A stretch of 64,000 nt of DNA, taken from the human T2T-CHM13v2.0 reference genome, Homo sapiens. The stretch lies in assembly GCF_009914755.1 (NCBI RefSeq), contig NC_060930.1. The stretch is one strand, 5' to 3'. The notes beneath the pieces are model-generated. The model saw only the letters and a list, made by a program, of their open reading frames with translations. It was not told the DNA's origin and did not search any database. This document shows positions 19,199 to 33,087 of the stretch, in pieces. A program made the position numbers and the translations under genes. Positions within the stretch are counted from its first letter, which is position 1, and each line of letters begins with the position of its first letter.

Positions 19199-19500
19199 AT
19201 GCCATGGCTCAAGACTGTAATCCCAGCATTTTGGGAAGTGGAAGTGGGAGGACCACTTCAGGCTAGGAATTTGAGATTAGTCTTGTCAACAGAGTGGGAC
19301 CCTCTCTCTACAAAAGATTTAAAAATTAGCCAGGCATGGTGGTGCATGCCTGTAATCCTAGCTACTCAGGAGGCTAATGTGGGTGCATTGCTTGAGACCA
19401 GGAGTTCAAGGCTGCAGTGAGCCATGAGGTTGCAACTGCCTCCAGCCTGGGTTTAAGAGGGTGACCTTGTCTCTAAAAAATAAATAAATAAATAAATAAA
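19199..19500 (+). mobile_element. AluJ within old L1M sequence (about 18560-19720)
   Basis: Diverged Alu dimer with (TAAA)n tail. Confidence 0.9.
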
Positions 19501-20585
19501 ATTGTATTATGTTAAAAGAACTTAAATGAAATGCTAATATTAATATTATAGCATTATAGCGTACATTGAGAAAAAAGTCACAAAATTGGTTGTAAAATAA
19601 GACCTGAATTTTATTTTTAAAGTTGAAAGGAAGTAAGCCAATATGTTAACCAGCCATTTTTAGACAGTGGACTTATGTGTCATTTATTTTTCTGTGATTA
19701 TTTATCCTATTAGTATATTCCACATTTTTCTATTTTAAAAATATAAGACAAAAGATCAGAACACACTACTTTTTAGAAGATAAAGAATAATATTATTGAA
19801 AAAGTAAGGTAGAGATTTAGCTTAGTTGATTTTAGAAATCTAACAGTGACAGATGTATAAAATATTTCAGACATAGAATGTAAAAGTCACACATCAGATA
19901 CATTGGGATTATTGACTATGTGGAGACAGGAGAAGGGAATGGGAATAAAAGGGAATCAAAAATATGAATAAATAAAATATGAAAACAAACTGTTCTAATA
20001 AAGTCATAAAATGGCTTCTTTCAATCATTAGTAAATATGTCCCAGGCTTGATTGAGGCAAACAAAATTATGATGTTAAGATTGTGTGTATGTTTTGGTTT
20101 TGTTATTTATTTCTGAAAAGTTAATATCTACTTTTTAAAGTTAAGCCTGCAAACTTCACATAATGAAGAAAAAGACAATGCCATATTCCATTTGCAGCAT
20201 GAAAGAGTTTCCAGACTGTTTTCTGCCATGATATTTTTATTCACCTTCTTCCCATTGTTAATGTTAAACCACAGCAGATCTCCTTATGCAACTCAATGAA
20301 ATGTTGAGTCACTTCAAAAAAACAAAAATGGGTCTAAAATATTATTGTTTTTATATAAATTTATCAGAGAATTTTAAAGTTCTACCAACTCTAAATTTGC
20401 ATACAATGGTTCTTCCAGTTGAAGGATATATCCACTATGGAAATTATTTCAGAATACTGAGGGCTATTTTGGTCTGTATGGATTGAGTAGAAATAGTAAT
20501 GAAGTTAGCATCCTTTCATTTTAAAATAAAGAGTTGTCTTTTTTATTGCTTTATTCCTAGGTGGAAGTACTACATAAATGGCACC

Positions 20586-20703
20586 TACTTCCAGAAGAAT
20601 TAATCATGTTCATCTTGCAAGTACTAAAAGGCTCTTTCTGAGTTTTGTTTATCAATCACATATTTAAAGTTACACATTGAATGGTAGGATAAATGTATGA
20701 ACC
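20586..20703 (-). pseudogene. Weak candidate exon of the minus-strand pseudogene
   Basis: Acceptor gttttag|; translation FIHLSYHSMCNFKYVIDKQNSERAF*YLQDEHD*FFWK, which loosely resembles an RGS C-terminal helix. Confidence 0.25.
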
Positions 20704-20743
20704 CTAAAACACCCTTGAATAGTTTAAATTTCATCAGACCTAA

Positions 20744-20828
20744 ATATATATATGTGTGTGTGTGTACACATATATATGTGTGCATATATACACACATATA
20801 TACACATATGTATATATATACATATGCA
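20744..20828. repeat. Compound (TA)/(TG)/(CA) alternating purine-pyrimidine microsatellite
   Basis: Direct reading. Confidence 0.9.
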
Positions 20829-21437
20829 TTCCAGAATTTACAATTCTCTTTTATCTTTGCTAGTAACACTCTTTCTCATAATTCACTAGAAAAGGTTCTC
20901 ATGGGAAAACAGTCACATAAACATGATGCTATAACTACCAAGAGAAATAGGACATGTTGAATGTCATTCAGTCCACTGCATCATTTTCATTCATCTCACA
21001 TTTCATTTGGACTCTGGGTCTTCGTGCTGGTCTTCACAGTCTCCAAAAACATGTTTAGCTGTGTAAACTAAAAGTCCAAACCAATGAATATTGAGCTACA
21101 GGCTTTGGTAGGAATTTGTGCTATATACAAATTAGGAAACTAGATAATAATGTTTGACATGAAAACAACTCAAAACAAAAGTTTAAAAACACAGCAATAA
21201 ACTAACTATTTGGAAATAGAATACTGCTCTAGGGTAGGCATTAAATTTACCCAGAATAATTTATGCCAGGTAAGAAGTAAAGAATGTTAATTTTATTATT
21301 TTTTTTCTAGGACGGTATAGTCTGGTTAATTTGCTGTCTTTATTGGAAATACTACTTTAAAGACTGTCTTAGATACTGATTTTTGGTACTACATGCTCAT
21401 TTACTCTTATTTTCTCCACTAAAATGTATTCCTGGTG

Positions 21438-21745
21438 AGGTGCGTTGGCTCACGCCTGTAATCCCAACAGTTTGGGAGTCCGAGGCAGGAGGATTGCTTG
21501 AGCCCAGGAGTTTGAGACCAGCCTCAGCAATGTATTGAGACTCCTTCTCTACAAAACTAAAAAAAAAAAAAAAAAATGCTGGTCATGGTGGTGTGCGCTT
21601 GTAGTCCCAGCTACTCAGGAAGCCTCAGGTGGGAAGATCACTGTAGCCAAGGAAGTAGAGGTAGAGGCTGCAGTGAGCCATGATTGTGCCTCTGCATTCT
21701 AGCCTGGGCCACAGAGTAAGACTCTATCTCAAAATAAATATATTA
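21438..21745 (+). mobile_element. AluJ
   Basis: Alu dimer with an extended central A-tract. Confidence 0.9.
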
Positions 21746-24637
21746 ATTAATTAAAATTAAAAACTTTTCAAAGTATGCCTGGGACTTATATTTTTTCCCC
21801 TTGTACATTTAGCTGCAACAAATATCTCCTAAGTCCCCTCTGAGTAAATCAGTTACTAAGAAAATGTTTTGTTTTGTTTTTAATCCTTTAGATGCTCTCT
21901 GTTGTCTATAGAAGTTCAAACTCTTCCAATCTGACACTTAAGGCCCTGAACAGGATGGTTCAAACCAAGCCTTCCCAGTCTTCTACTTTCCTACATCTTT
22001 TCACTCACATGAAAAAAAAAGCCTCACTTATTTTACTGTCCCTGCCCACGTTCAGGTCTGGGTCATCCAGCAACAGGTGATTGGCTTGGCAGTCTGGGTG
22101 AAAGCTGATAGAATAAATGGCAGGAAGAAAACACAATAGACAGATTCTGTCTGTTTCAGAAAGTAGAAAGCACTTAGGTTTCTTGCTCGGGATATCCTAA
22201 GATACAGAAACAAAGACTTTGAAGAAAGAGGAGAGGGAAAACTGAAAAACGATACCACTGTCTTGTACTATTATCTGAATGCCTCAGTTTAATGTATGTC
22301 GTAATCTCCTTAGAGTAAGAACATTTTTATTATCTTTTCTTTATATGCACACATTTATATACCACATGATAGGCACTTAATATTCGTTGGATGAATAACC
22401 ATCAATTTTTCCTTGTCATTTTATTAATATCTCCTTTTGTTTAAAAAAGTCTATGAATGTTCACATTTACAATTAAATGTTTATGACAATTCAAATGGCA
22501 AAAATTAAGAATTCTAATAATATCAAATGTTGGAGAGGATAAGGATCAACCTAACACTTACATAACATGAGGAACAGGGAAAATTGGAACAATTTGGAAA
22601 ATAGTTTGGCATTACATTACATTGTAAAGCAGAACTTGTGCATATCCAATAACCCAGGACTTCTGCTCCTACAGAAATTATATATACGCTAGAGAAACTC
22701 TTTCACATCTGCTCCAAAATGAGGGCTGAATATATATATTCAGTTTTAATACATACACAAGCACACACACACATACACAACTTGGAGGTCCTGTCTTAGA
22801 GAGCTAGCAATGTTCATAACTAATAGCAACATGTAATAGTGGGAGATTGATTAAGGATTATAATGAATTTACAAGATTCATTACTCGTTTTTATTGCATT
22901 AACTTTTCTTCCCCTTCAAAGTATTCTGAACAATAAACTTAGTATGTCCAACATATGGGAAAAATTAGACAGAAAATTCTTATATTTCATATTGTCATGC
23001 ACAGAACAATCTCTTTGTTTAAGCAGATCACTGGCTTTGTCCCCAAATTTACTAGGGACAATTGGGGGTGGAGGGAGTTATAACAAACATCAATTCAAGT
23101 GTTTTTGTTTAGTTTTGCTACATTTTTGCAGCAATTTGGTAACTTTTTCAGAACTTTGTTTAATTGTGATACAAACTTTGATTCAATATGAAGGTCACTA
23201 GAAACTGCAATGTTCCTAGAAAACACATGCAACCTGATATTTTCTGCCTCCTTTCAAGAGATTTTGTCAATTAAGCTAAAATGTCTATTTCCTTCGCTCT
23301 TTGAGTGTCTTAGCACATGAACTATCATACCTGCCAGCATCTCTTTCTGAATCCACACATCCCCCTTAGGAAATCATCCTATTCAAGAGGTAATGTTTAC
23401 ATTATCATATCACATCACATCAAAAGTAAAGCTATGTCTTTGAATAACAGTATAACACCTCTAATGGCAATAATTCTCATATTTATAAATTTAAAATATC
23501 AATTTTTATTATAACTTCTGTGTCCCCACATTTGTGGTGACCTGTCTTATAGTTTTTCTGTTCCTAAAAGTGAGAGATATGAGTGAGTGACTGAGCCAAA
23601 TGTTATCCAACAATATAATCTACTGGAATTATTAAACGTTAAAGAAAATCCAAATAAAATTCTGCTTCATTAGCATCTTTAAGTTCTTTACTTATTCACT
23701 GTAAATAGCAATCAATAAGAGAATTGGATTGCAGAGAAAGTTAGCAACTAGGAGTTAACGATACATTTCTAAATCTTCTAAATATCTTGAAAAGTCCTGT
23801 TTTTTCCAATTTGTCATGTGTTGGTTCCTTCATCTTCTGTCACTTTGTCTCATTTGACTTGACAGAAGCAAAATAAAGGGACATTTACTCCACGGAAGTT
23901 AATAAATGCAAAGTCAATAAATATTTCCTAAATAATAGATTAAAAACAAAAATCTGCTGCCTAGGCCCTAACATGCTTGAGACTGAGAAGTTTCTTTAAG
24001 AAATTCCTTTATGCCATAAAGACTGCTTTCCCCAGCAACCCTGACCAATGATCATTTAGCCTTTCATAATAGGATGCATCCCCACCAAGAGAGTCCATTT
24101 CATCATTAGACATTCCTGCTGGTCAGAAAATGCTTATGTTAAACTACAATTTACCACTTTGTAGCTTTCCTACGTTTGCTATGTATCAGCCTATTAGAAC
24201 AACAAGCTTGTCCTTAAGATTGCATAAGGGTTTCTAAATAAGGTCTATTTTACATGTCCCCTTTTACTTCTTTATTCCACTATAACATCCCCAGAAGACA
24301 CAGTTTCCAGTTTTTTTCCAAGTGTTTTCAGGCTTTTTTCCTGCATAGCATTTTGTCAATATAACTTTAAAAATATGGCACCAAGAAGCAAATGTAATAT
24401 TTTGGATGTGGACCATCTTAAACTTTAGACTTCTATTACTGCAATCTGACATAATTATGTCTTTCATATAATTCAACAATTATTCATTCAGCTAACATTT
24501 ACCAAGTACTTACTAAGTTCTGCGTTTCAGGCTGAGCCTTGGGAATTCAAAATCAAGAAAGTCTTACTCCTTGCCTTCATGTAACTACACTACACTATTA
24601 GCTTACGGGAAATATTCAATCAGTTAAAATTTCAGCT

Positions 24638-24990
<353 letters not shown>

Positions 24991-25722
24991 TAGAGAAATT
25001 TACCTCCAACACTGGTGACGGTCACAATGACTTTAATCACAGATTACAAAGTAATCCTAATTACTTTTAAGAATGACAGCTTTTAGTTCTGCTTCCCCAT
25101 ACTTTATTTCATTTATTATCTCTTTAAACTTGTCTAAAAGTTAGAAAAAAAAGTTCTTTCACTTTCTTTATTTGTTTTTATAAAAATGAGAAGCATTGAG
25201 TGAAGGACAAGAACCTATAGTGAGCCTTCCACTTCTCTCCTCTAGTAAGTCATCATGCAACACACCTTGAGTACAATGTTTTTAACCAGATCAGAAATGA
25301 TCAGTTCTATCATTCACCCTACATTTTATCAATTTATTTACAAGTCATATCCAGTGCTTTACAGTGCATATCAAGAGTTTTACTCAAGTTAAGATATATG
25401 CATATTTTCCTGATTTGCCATATTAATAATATTATAAAAGGATATAAAGTTTATTATGCTTAGTTCTCAGATAACTCATTTTGAAGCCTTTTGATGTCAC
25501 AGTTCTCCAAAGTTCTTCTAAGTGCTCACAGTATTTTTATTATTCCATTCTACAATTTTGCTGGGGATTGAGATTATGTTTTCAAGTCTGTTGTTCCCAA
25601 GACTCCTCTTTTCAGCTTCTGGAAGTTTAACAATTTGCTGCCTGAGGTGTCATTTTTCCTCTCTTCCCAAAAAGTAACAAGAAAATAATATTTTTTTATT
25701 AGAACCCGAAGGTCACTAATAC

Positions 25723-25855
25723 CAGATGAAGACATGCGCTTGCAGCAAGAGCAGAAATGGCTGAGAGGAGGATGCTGCTACATCTTGCACTGCTGAGATT
25801 TTCAAGTTTCCTTCAGTTACCATACAGTTTCTTCAGATGAAAACATAGTGGTAAT
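25723..25855 (-). pseudogene. Candidate exon of the minus-strand pseudogene
   Basis: Acceptor ctgcttctgttaccag|, phase 2; translation LPLCFHLKKLYGN*RKLENLSSARCSSILLSAISALAASACLHL; donor |gtatta. Phase-compatible with the short form (27504-27564) of the upstream exon. Confidence 0.35.
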
Positions 25856-25939
25856 CTGGTAACAGAAGCAGATATAATTGAAGTGTGTAATTCCTCCTCT
25901 GGTTGAAGGGAGCAAATAGAGCCCTTCTTCATACTTTAA

Positions 25940-26085
25940 TATCCATATGAATCTCACCTGAAGATTTTGTTAAACTGCAGATCCCACATCAGCAGGTCTA
26001 TGTAGGACCCAACATTCTACCTTTCTAACAAGTTCCTGGGTGATGCTCGTGCTCTGACAGATGGCCCACACTTTGTGTAGCAGGG
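25940..26085. mobile_element. MER5A
   Basis: GAATCTCACCTGAAGATTTTGTTAAACTGCAGAT...TTTCTAACAAGTTCCTGGGTGATGCT. Confidence 0.75.
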
Positions 26086-26194
26086 CCTGGGACATCCTCA
26101 TAGAGTCCCTAGGGATACCCAAAGAATTATTCTTCATGTAGCTCTAGCATTTCCGCCTTTTTTTATGTAACTCCGTATTATTATCTTCTTCTCC

Positions 26195-26699
26195 TGTAGG
26201 CATAAATATGCTCTGCCCCAAAGATGTCTACGTCCTAACCCCTGGAACTTATGAATATGTTAGAGTACATGGCAAAAGGAAATTAAGTTTCAAATGGAAT
26301 TTAGGTTGCTAACTAGCTGATCATGAAATAGCTAAATTATGCGGAATTATCTGGGTGGGTCTAATGTAATCACAAGAATACTTAAAAATGGAAGAGGGAA
26401 TCAGTCACAGAGGGGTGTGACTCTTGAGGAATGGTCACAGAGAGACAGTGCTGCTGGCTTCACAGATGGAGAATGGGGGTGAGGAGCTTCTCAAAGCTGG
26501 AGAAAGAAAGGATAAATACATCTTCTCCTAGGCTCTCCAAAAAATAAAAATAAAAAATAACACAGCCCTGCCAACATTTTGATTTTAGCACAGTGAGATT
26601 CATGTCAGATTTCTAACCTTCAGAACTGTAAGACAATACATTTATGTTTTAAGCCAATAAATGGGTGGTAATTTGTTACAGCAGCAGTAGAAAAATACA
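26195..26699 (+). mobile_element. MLT1D-like solo LTR
   Basis: CCCCAAAGATGTCTACGTCCTAACCCCTGGAAC...TTTGTTACAGCAGCAGTAGAAAAATACA. Confidence 0.85.
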
Positions 26700-27341
26700 T
26701 TCTCCTTACCATGTTTTTCAATGAACAACTAAAGAGCCAACTCCAATAGTCTACATAATACGACTTTCTCTCTGAAAAATCAGAAAATATTTGGGTGAAG
26801 CTTTTGTCCCTCTCTGGGTTGCTACTTCATTTTCAAGCTCATTTGTATAGATGCTAAAAAGAATCTTATTTTATGTAGAAGTCAGTGATTTGTATATATG
26901 ATGATATAGTATACTTTATTGTACTAAGTCAACATCTGGATTTTTTTAAAGTGCTCAAAATTGCTTTGCTGGTTTCAGAACAAGATTTATTGCTCAAACT
27001 AATTGCCTAGAGTCTGACTTTAAGTGTCACCTTTTGCTGCTTTTAGTGTTCAAAAATTACTGCTTTAAAAAAAAGAATTAAAAACCCATAAAATGATTTT
27101 TGGTTAGAATTTTTCTCCTTGTGGTATTTAAAGAAAAGCTTTGCCACATTTACCACCAAATAAGTTTCAATGTCAGCATAATAACCTTTCCATAAATTCT
27201 AAATTAGTTGGAATTTTGGTTGGAAGAAACCAGTACAAGTACTAAAATGGAAAGCATCAGGAATTCGATGAGCCTCTTATATGAACAGCTTTTAACCTCT
27301 CAGAGATTGGAGGGAGAGGGCAATGTCAATAAAATTAAAGC

Positions 27342-27564
27342 CTTCTGGGATTTCGCATCTTTAAGCAATTGAAGATGTGTCATGCAACAGTTCAACCGAG
27401 GAAATTATCTTAAAATAAATGCAGACATTTGATGGCATAGCAAGTAATGTAATTGCTAATGTAATGTAAAGAAGAATATAAGTGAAATATAACATCACAA
27501 AACCTGTGGAGGAGCTTCATATATTCAGATATAGTGGCTTCTTCTTTATGCATCATTCAATAAC
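27342..27564 (-). pseudogene. Pseudogene exon (3' boundary either 27504 or about 27342)
   Basis: Acceptor ctttctacag|, phase 1, matching the upstream exon 29746-29874. Translation GY*MMHKEEATISEYMKLLHR, optionally continuing FCDVIFHLYSSLHYISNY. Confidence 0.5.
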
Positions 27565-27779
27565 CTGTAGAAAGTTGCTTTCTGGTGGCAGCAGGGCTAG
27601 TTCTCAATGTAAGATGTAGGACTACAAGGCGTATCACAATGTCTTCCATCTCCCACTAGGAGTGAGGACTTGGGTAAGGGGTGGGGAGATCAGGATAAGA
27701 AGAGCATCAGGGAGGCCAGAAAGGGAAAGAAGATCAGGGAAGCGCTCCAGCATAGCAACAAAGTGGAATAGATGGAGCA

Positions 27780-28340
27780 CGAAGCACACATCAATCAAGA
27801 TTCGAAGTTGCAAATAACAGATACCAAGCTTGATTTTAAGAAAAAGGGAAATAATTAAAAATTTACAGGGTTGCTCACATTCTCTGAATTGGAAAACAGG
27901 TAGAAATGAGGGCAAAAAAAAAAAAGCATGGCCAACCCACAAAACCCATCCAGAGAAGTCACCACTGCTTGCACCACTAAATGCTGGATGTCTCGGGTCG
28001 CTGTGCCATTGCTTCTGGCACTAGACATTGAAAGCCACAGCTGTCTCGAGAAACTCAATATTACTGCCACTTCTGCTGCCACTACTCAGCACCAAAATGG
28101 ATTTTCACCAGGGCCTGCTTCTTTGAATCAGTAGCTTTTTATCCAAAGTTGGAAGAAAATGTTTTTATCTAATTATTTAAAGAAAGTCATGTGCTCACAT
28201 CCGTGATGAAAAGTACCTTGGCAAAACAAACACCAAGCATTTTCCTTCTCTATTATGCATGACAGGCTCTGTCTCTCACCAGGATGAATCACGCAGCCAA
28301 TTCCAGGAATATAAGAAGGGGTTTCTGATGTTGTTCAGCC
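27780..28340. mobile_element. Old ERVL-type LTR (LTR33-like)
   Basis: CAAGATTCGAAGTTGCAAATAACAGATACCAAGCTTGATTTTAAGAAAAAGGGAA motif; approximate. Confidence 0.45.
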
Positions 28341-29044
28341 CCTCAAAAAGGGCAAATATGCATTTCAAGCAACTTGAATTTAATGAAAGTGAGTGTATAA
28401 TTCAGTTAGTGTTGATTTTATTCAAATAAGTCTCAAATATTTTGACATAACAAAAGACGGAAAGCCTCTTTCTACTTTTCCACTAACTGCCTCTCAGAAT
28501 CACTACCTGCAATTCAGGAAAATTACCTGATAACTCTGGAAATTATACCAATGTGTCAATCCCAGAGATGATGCAGGGTAAAAGATTAAATAAAATACAG
28601 TAGCAATTATGAACTTACAGAAAATCAGCCACCAACTCTATTTATATTTCCTTTTTTCAGGGCATTAAACTAAAATTTTATTAAATATCTAGCTTTCTGG
28701 CAAGAAATAATAAAAAAGAGATTATTGATTAATTATAATACTATCTTAAGAATTCAATTTTGATGTATTTGCCCTATCCATTTAACAATAATATATGAAA
28801 ATATCTAACCAAAATAGGACTCTTGCTATATACTTAACATGTGCTAATTATTTACACAATTATTCTATCCTATCTTTATATACAATTTTGTGAGGAAATG
28901 AAGTAACTGACTTGCTGCAGTAAAAGACTTGCCAGGGATTCCACAAAAATGGCATAGCTAAGGCTCCACTCCCATTATGTCTTCACTTCAAGTTCCAACT
29001 TTGTCTAATTCCAAAGCCCAACTCTCATCAAAAAGTGTTGTAGA

Positions 29045-29452
29045 CAAGCGCTCATCAATGGTGGACTAGATAAAGAAAATGTGGTACATATGAACCATAG
29101 AATACTATGCAGCCACAAAAGAGAATGAAATCATGTTCTTTGCAGCAACATAGATGCAGCTGGAGTCCATTATCCTAAGTGAATTAATGCAAAAACAGAA
29201 AATGAAATGCTGTATGTTCTCACTTATAAGTGGGAGCTAAACAGTGGGTACACATGGACATAAAGATGGGAACAATTGACACTGGGGACTCCAAAAGCGG
29301 GTAAGGATGGAGGGGAGTAAGGGCTGAAAAACTACTATTGGATACTATGTTCACTATCTGGGTGATGGGTTTACTAGAAGCCTAAACCCCAGGATTACAT
29401 GACTTACCCATGTAACAAACCTGCACATATACCCTGAAACAACAACAAAAAA
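29045..29452 (+). mobile_element. L1PA (older) 3' end
   Basis: GATAAAGAAAATGTGGTACATAT...CCCATGTAACAAACCTGCACATATACCCTG. Confidence 0.9.
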
Positions 29453-29745
29453 GTTACTGTACAGTAAGTTCAGCAAAGTTTCCCGCTCCACTTTTGTTTT
29501 GTTCCTCACTCGCTCCTTATTGTTAAAATGAACTACATCAAAACTATAGCAACAAAACCTGAAATTGTGACTGAAAGTATTTATGCAATCAGAGACCCCT
29601 CTAAGATGTGCAAGGCCTTGGGAAAATATTTTTGCAGAACCCCCATCTACATTAATCATTCGACTTTTAAATATGCTACAAAATTCATGGGTCGCTGCAA
29701 AGATTAGTGACTTCTTGATAAAGATTTGGAATAACAGATACTTAG

Positions 29746-29874
29746 CTGTTTATTGTCCAATAAGTTCTTGGGAAGATTCTTCATAATATCCAGGTGCCAT
29801 CTCTTCCTGTTCAGGTCTCAGAACAAGCCTTGTGTGTTTTTTATTGTCAAAATGTGCTAATTTTGTATTTCTCA
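29746..29874 (-). pseudogene. Pseudogene exon (129 nt, phase 1-1)
   Basis: Acceptor gtctttcag|; translation LRNTKLAHFDNKKHTRLVLRPEQEEMAPGYYEESSQELIGQ*T; apparent donor CTAAGT, one change from GTAAGT. Confidence 0.65.
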
Positions 29875-29995
29875 CTGAAAGACTGTATTATCACAAGGCC
29901 ATGGTTTTCAGAGCCCGTTTGTATGAAAACAACACAGATCTTCTTGCTTCTGCAGCTTCCTTAGTAACATTTACTTAATGGTAGTTTTTACTCAC

Positions 29996-30173
29996 GATGC
30001 TGAATTATACCTCATGCTGCTGTGGTTATTTTCTTCCAATAATTCTCTCAAAGGTTGCTAATATTTTTCTCAAAGAATGATGATGACCACAAATACATCT
30101 TATCCAGAGTATGCAGGAAATTTGAGCAATAATTCTTTTTTAGGTCATGAAATTTTTTGTTCAGAATTTTATA
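29996..30173 (-). pseudogene. Pseudogene exon (178 nt, phase 0-1)
   Basis: Translation YKILNKKFHDLKKNYCSNFLHTLDKMYLWSSSFFEKNISNL*ENYWKKITTAA*GIIQH. Canonical donor GTGAGT. Apparent acceptor cctacttttacAC (AG to AC). Confidence 0.65.
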
Positions 30174-30590
30174 GTGTAAAAGTAGGACAACACATCTTTT
30201 AACAATGTTGACCACACTCCTGCCTTCTACACGTCACCCCATCAGGGAGGATAGTCAAGAGACCCATGGGTGACACAAGAAGAATGGTTCCATTTATACT
30301 AGGAATATGCATCCCTTTACTCCACACGGCTTAGGACTAACTCAAGAGAGACCCACTGACATTGTATAGCAAGGGTCTCAAAATCTTTGAGGACTGCCTA
30401 ATACAGAACAAGGAGCCTGAGAACCAGTTGGGGTGGCCACATTGGTGTCATGGCAGGGATGGAAAGGCACACAGGATGCCTACAATCCTACCCTGCACAC
30501 AAGTGTCAAGCTGTACTATGTGCAACAAGAAGTTGTTTGGTTTTATAAATGTTTTGTTTGTTGATGCCTCTCTGTGTCATTATCCCTGAC

Positions 30591-30745
30591 TTAAAATAGG
30601 TTTTCTAAAGAGAATTGTAAGTGTAAGGAGTTCTGGAAGTCACAAATTCTCTGTAAATACATCTCCAATCTTAGTGAATCTGAGTGCATTATTGTTACTG
30701 TTTTCAGTAGTTCTCTTAACCCCCAGTTTGTATATCCTGCTTCTC
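30591..30745 (-). pseudogene. Pseudogene exon (155 nt, phase 1-0)
   Basis: Acceptor aatttaacag|; translation GEAGYTNWGLRELLKTVTIMHSDSLRLEMYLQRICDFQNSLHLQFSLENLF*; donor gtcagg. Confidence 0.65.
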
Positions 30746-31517
30746 CTGTTAAATTATATTTAAAATTTAGCAACTGGCTAATATCATACAATGATCAATA
30801 TTATGATAAATGCCTGCATGATGCTGCCTCAGAGCAAATTATTGGTTAAACAAACACTTGGGTCAAATACAAAAATCAAGAAACACAATATACTAAGTAT
30901 TTGCTGAGTAATCCTATCTGTGGCTGGACAAATATATATGCCAGCTGACATCTGTTTTAATCTATCCTCCTAGATATAAATTGGTAGTTTGACCCTATAT
31001 TTTTGTCATTTTTTTTGTGCTGCTACTCACTGTAATCAAAGCATTCTATGACAAGAATCATTGGGAAAAAATAATGTCTGTTGGAAACGATTTAGACCAA
31101 ATCATGGAGGAAGGAGAAGAGACGTAAAGTGTAGAGTTAGTAATGTTGAAAGGCTTTTATTTTTATTGTCTCTTATGTTTATAGCAAAAACTATATTTAG
31201 CACAATACACTGAATTTTGTTCAGTGTGTTTTATGTTGCCTTTTTTCCCTATAGACCAATATAGTTAATGTTTTATCAGAAATTTATCATTAGTCTTTTT
31301 CAAGATGTGATTTAATTTTTTCTTAAGTAACAGAATTTTATCTAGCCAAAGTCATCTCTGATTTAATAATGAAAATAACATGAAAAGTAAAACAGGATCT
31401 ACTTAACAAATTTAGATAGCAGTTTTCTATTCCATAAAGGGAAGGGTAGATGAGAGGCTATGTGTAGCTCACACAGTGAGATACTTTCTGTAGTTAATTA
31501 AATGCTTATTTATATAC

Positions 31518-31759
31518 CATTACAGATAGCTGAAGCATATGAAGAAAAAGTCAGAAGTATTTCCAACAAAAATTCTTTTAATTTTTGATACAGGCCAAGT
31601 TCTTCATCCTTGAGAAATAGTTTGTATAGAGAAGTGTCCTAAATTCTTCCAGCAGTGCACTTCTTAGCTGCTCCAAGTAATACATCTTGTCCTTGTACGT
31701 GAGAAAGTGTTTAGTAAAACCAGATGGCCAACTGTTTTCCTGTCTTGAAGCACTTAAAA
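31518..31759 (-). pseudogene. Pseudogene exon with an inferred 1-nt frameshift near 31620
   Basis: Acceptor tattcttgccag|; translation LSASRQENSWPSGFTKHFLTYKDKMYYLEQLRSALLEEFRTLLYT / LFLKDEELGLYQKLKEFLLEILLTFSSYASAICN. Ends in phase 1 at |gtatat, matching the next exon. Confidence 0.65.
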
Positions 31760-32167
31760 CTGGCAAGAATAGATTTAAGGTCAAAAAAGTTACAGATCCT
31801 AACGAAATGAACACACACTTGAAAATTCTAGTACATCCATAATTAGATTATTTTAGTTATTCTCCACCCAAATCTTATTAAGTCACAGTTTGTTATCTGA
31901 AAAATATTATTCTAACACACATTGAGCTCAAATCTCCTCCATCCCTACTTTTGTTGAAAGTCTATACAAGATCTACACTATCATTTCAAGCACTAAAAAT
32001 CCAATGAAAAAATAAAAATAGATTCTCAACCCAATGTTTAACCAACTCATATTTATTATTGGATATCCAAATATCACAATTGAATATTCAACTCAGAAAG
32101 ATCCATTTACTTGCCAGGTCCCAGCTCAACTATAAAATCTGCACACAAAGATAAGCTGATACTCTAG

Positions 32168-32282
32168 GCCAGCGCTTGCCAAACGAATCACCTAGAGATC
32201 TTGTAATATGAAGAGTGGAGCCTGAGGATCCGCATTTCTAATAAGTTTCCAGATGACATCAAAGCTGCTGGACTGTGGGTCA
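32168..32282. mobile_element. MER5A fragment
   Basis: GAATCACCTAGAGATCTTGT...GCATTTCTAATAAGTTTCCAGATGA. Confidence 0.7.
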
Positions 32283-33087
32283 TGTTGCACAAAAAGCTTC
32301 CAGAGCTAGACAATGCTCAGAACTCGACTGCTTCCATTCCTCTCAAATTCTCCCATGATTTGTTGCCAGGCTACTTATTCTCTTCTCCATGGCCTGTCTT
32401 TCATGATGCTTTGCCCCAACTCCCCTTCTATTAGCCATCGGTGCATCCACTGGGTTTGTAGCTTTGTTCATCTCTCTAGCCTCCATGTTTCTAATTTCAG
32501 ACAAATAGTTCCCCTTCTAGTTTCTGGCCTTGGAATCCCTTCCTTCATTTGACAACACCTCCAGTGCTCCTCATAAGTTAACCAGTGTCTAGACAATTAA
32601 AGTGGGAAGAAAGAGTGAAAGAGAACCCTAAAGTCCCAAACGGAAGTACAAGATAAAATCAATGCCATTGGGAATCTGAAATCCATTTGAGATCAGACAA
32701 TTAGGCCTAAAAATCTGTTACAAAGATAACATATAGGGGTCAAGTGATCAACCAGTACTTAGGAGTTGAGAAAAGAGTACTTAATGACAGCAGACTAAAG
32801 TAGGGGAGCTTTATGAGAAATATTGGGGATAAACCCCACTTTAAAAGTTGTGTAGGGGTTAAAAAGGTAAACTGATGTGAGACAATTTAAAAGGTAAAGA
32901 GAGAGGATAACATAAACAAATGTGCAAGAGTAGAAATATCTAAGCAAATAGGTGAGGTGATCAGTGAGTACACCCATCAAAGAGAGGCAGAGAGCCTAAC
33001 ATGAATTTCCAGAATGCCAAGCTAAAAAAAGTTGTAGTTCTATTTGTAGGTGGTAGAAGGCACTGAGGTTATAAGGAGTGGGATGAC

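Noticed and set aside
25703-25858. Plus-strand exon (tttttttattag acceptor, gtaaca donor)
   Set aside because: There are stops in all three frames and no plus-strand partner exons. The minus-strand reading fits the relic better. A lncRNA exon cannot be excluded.
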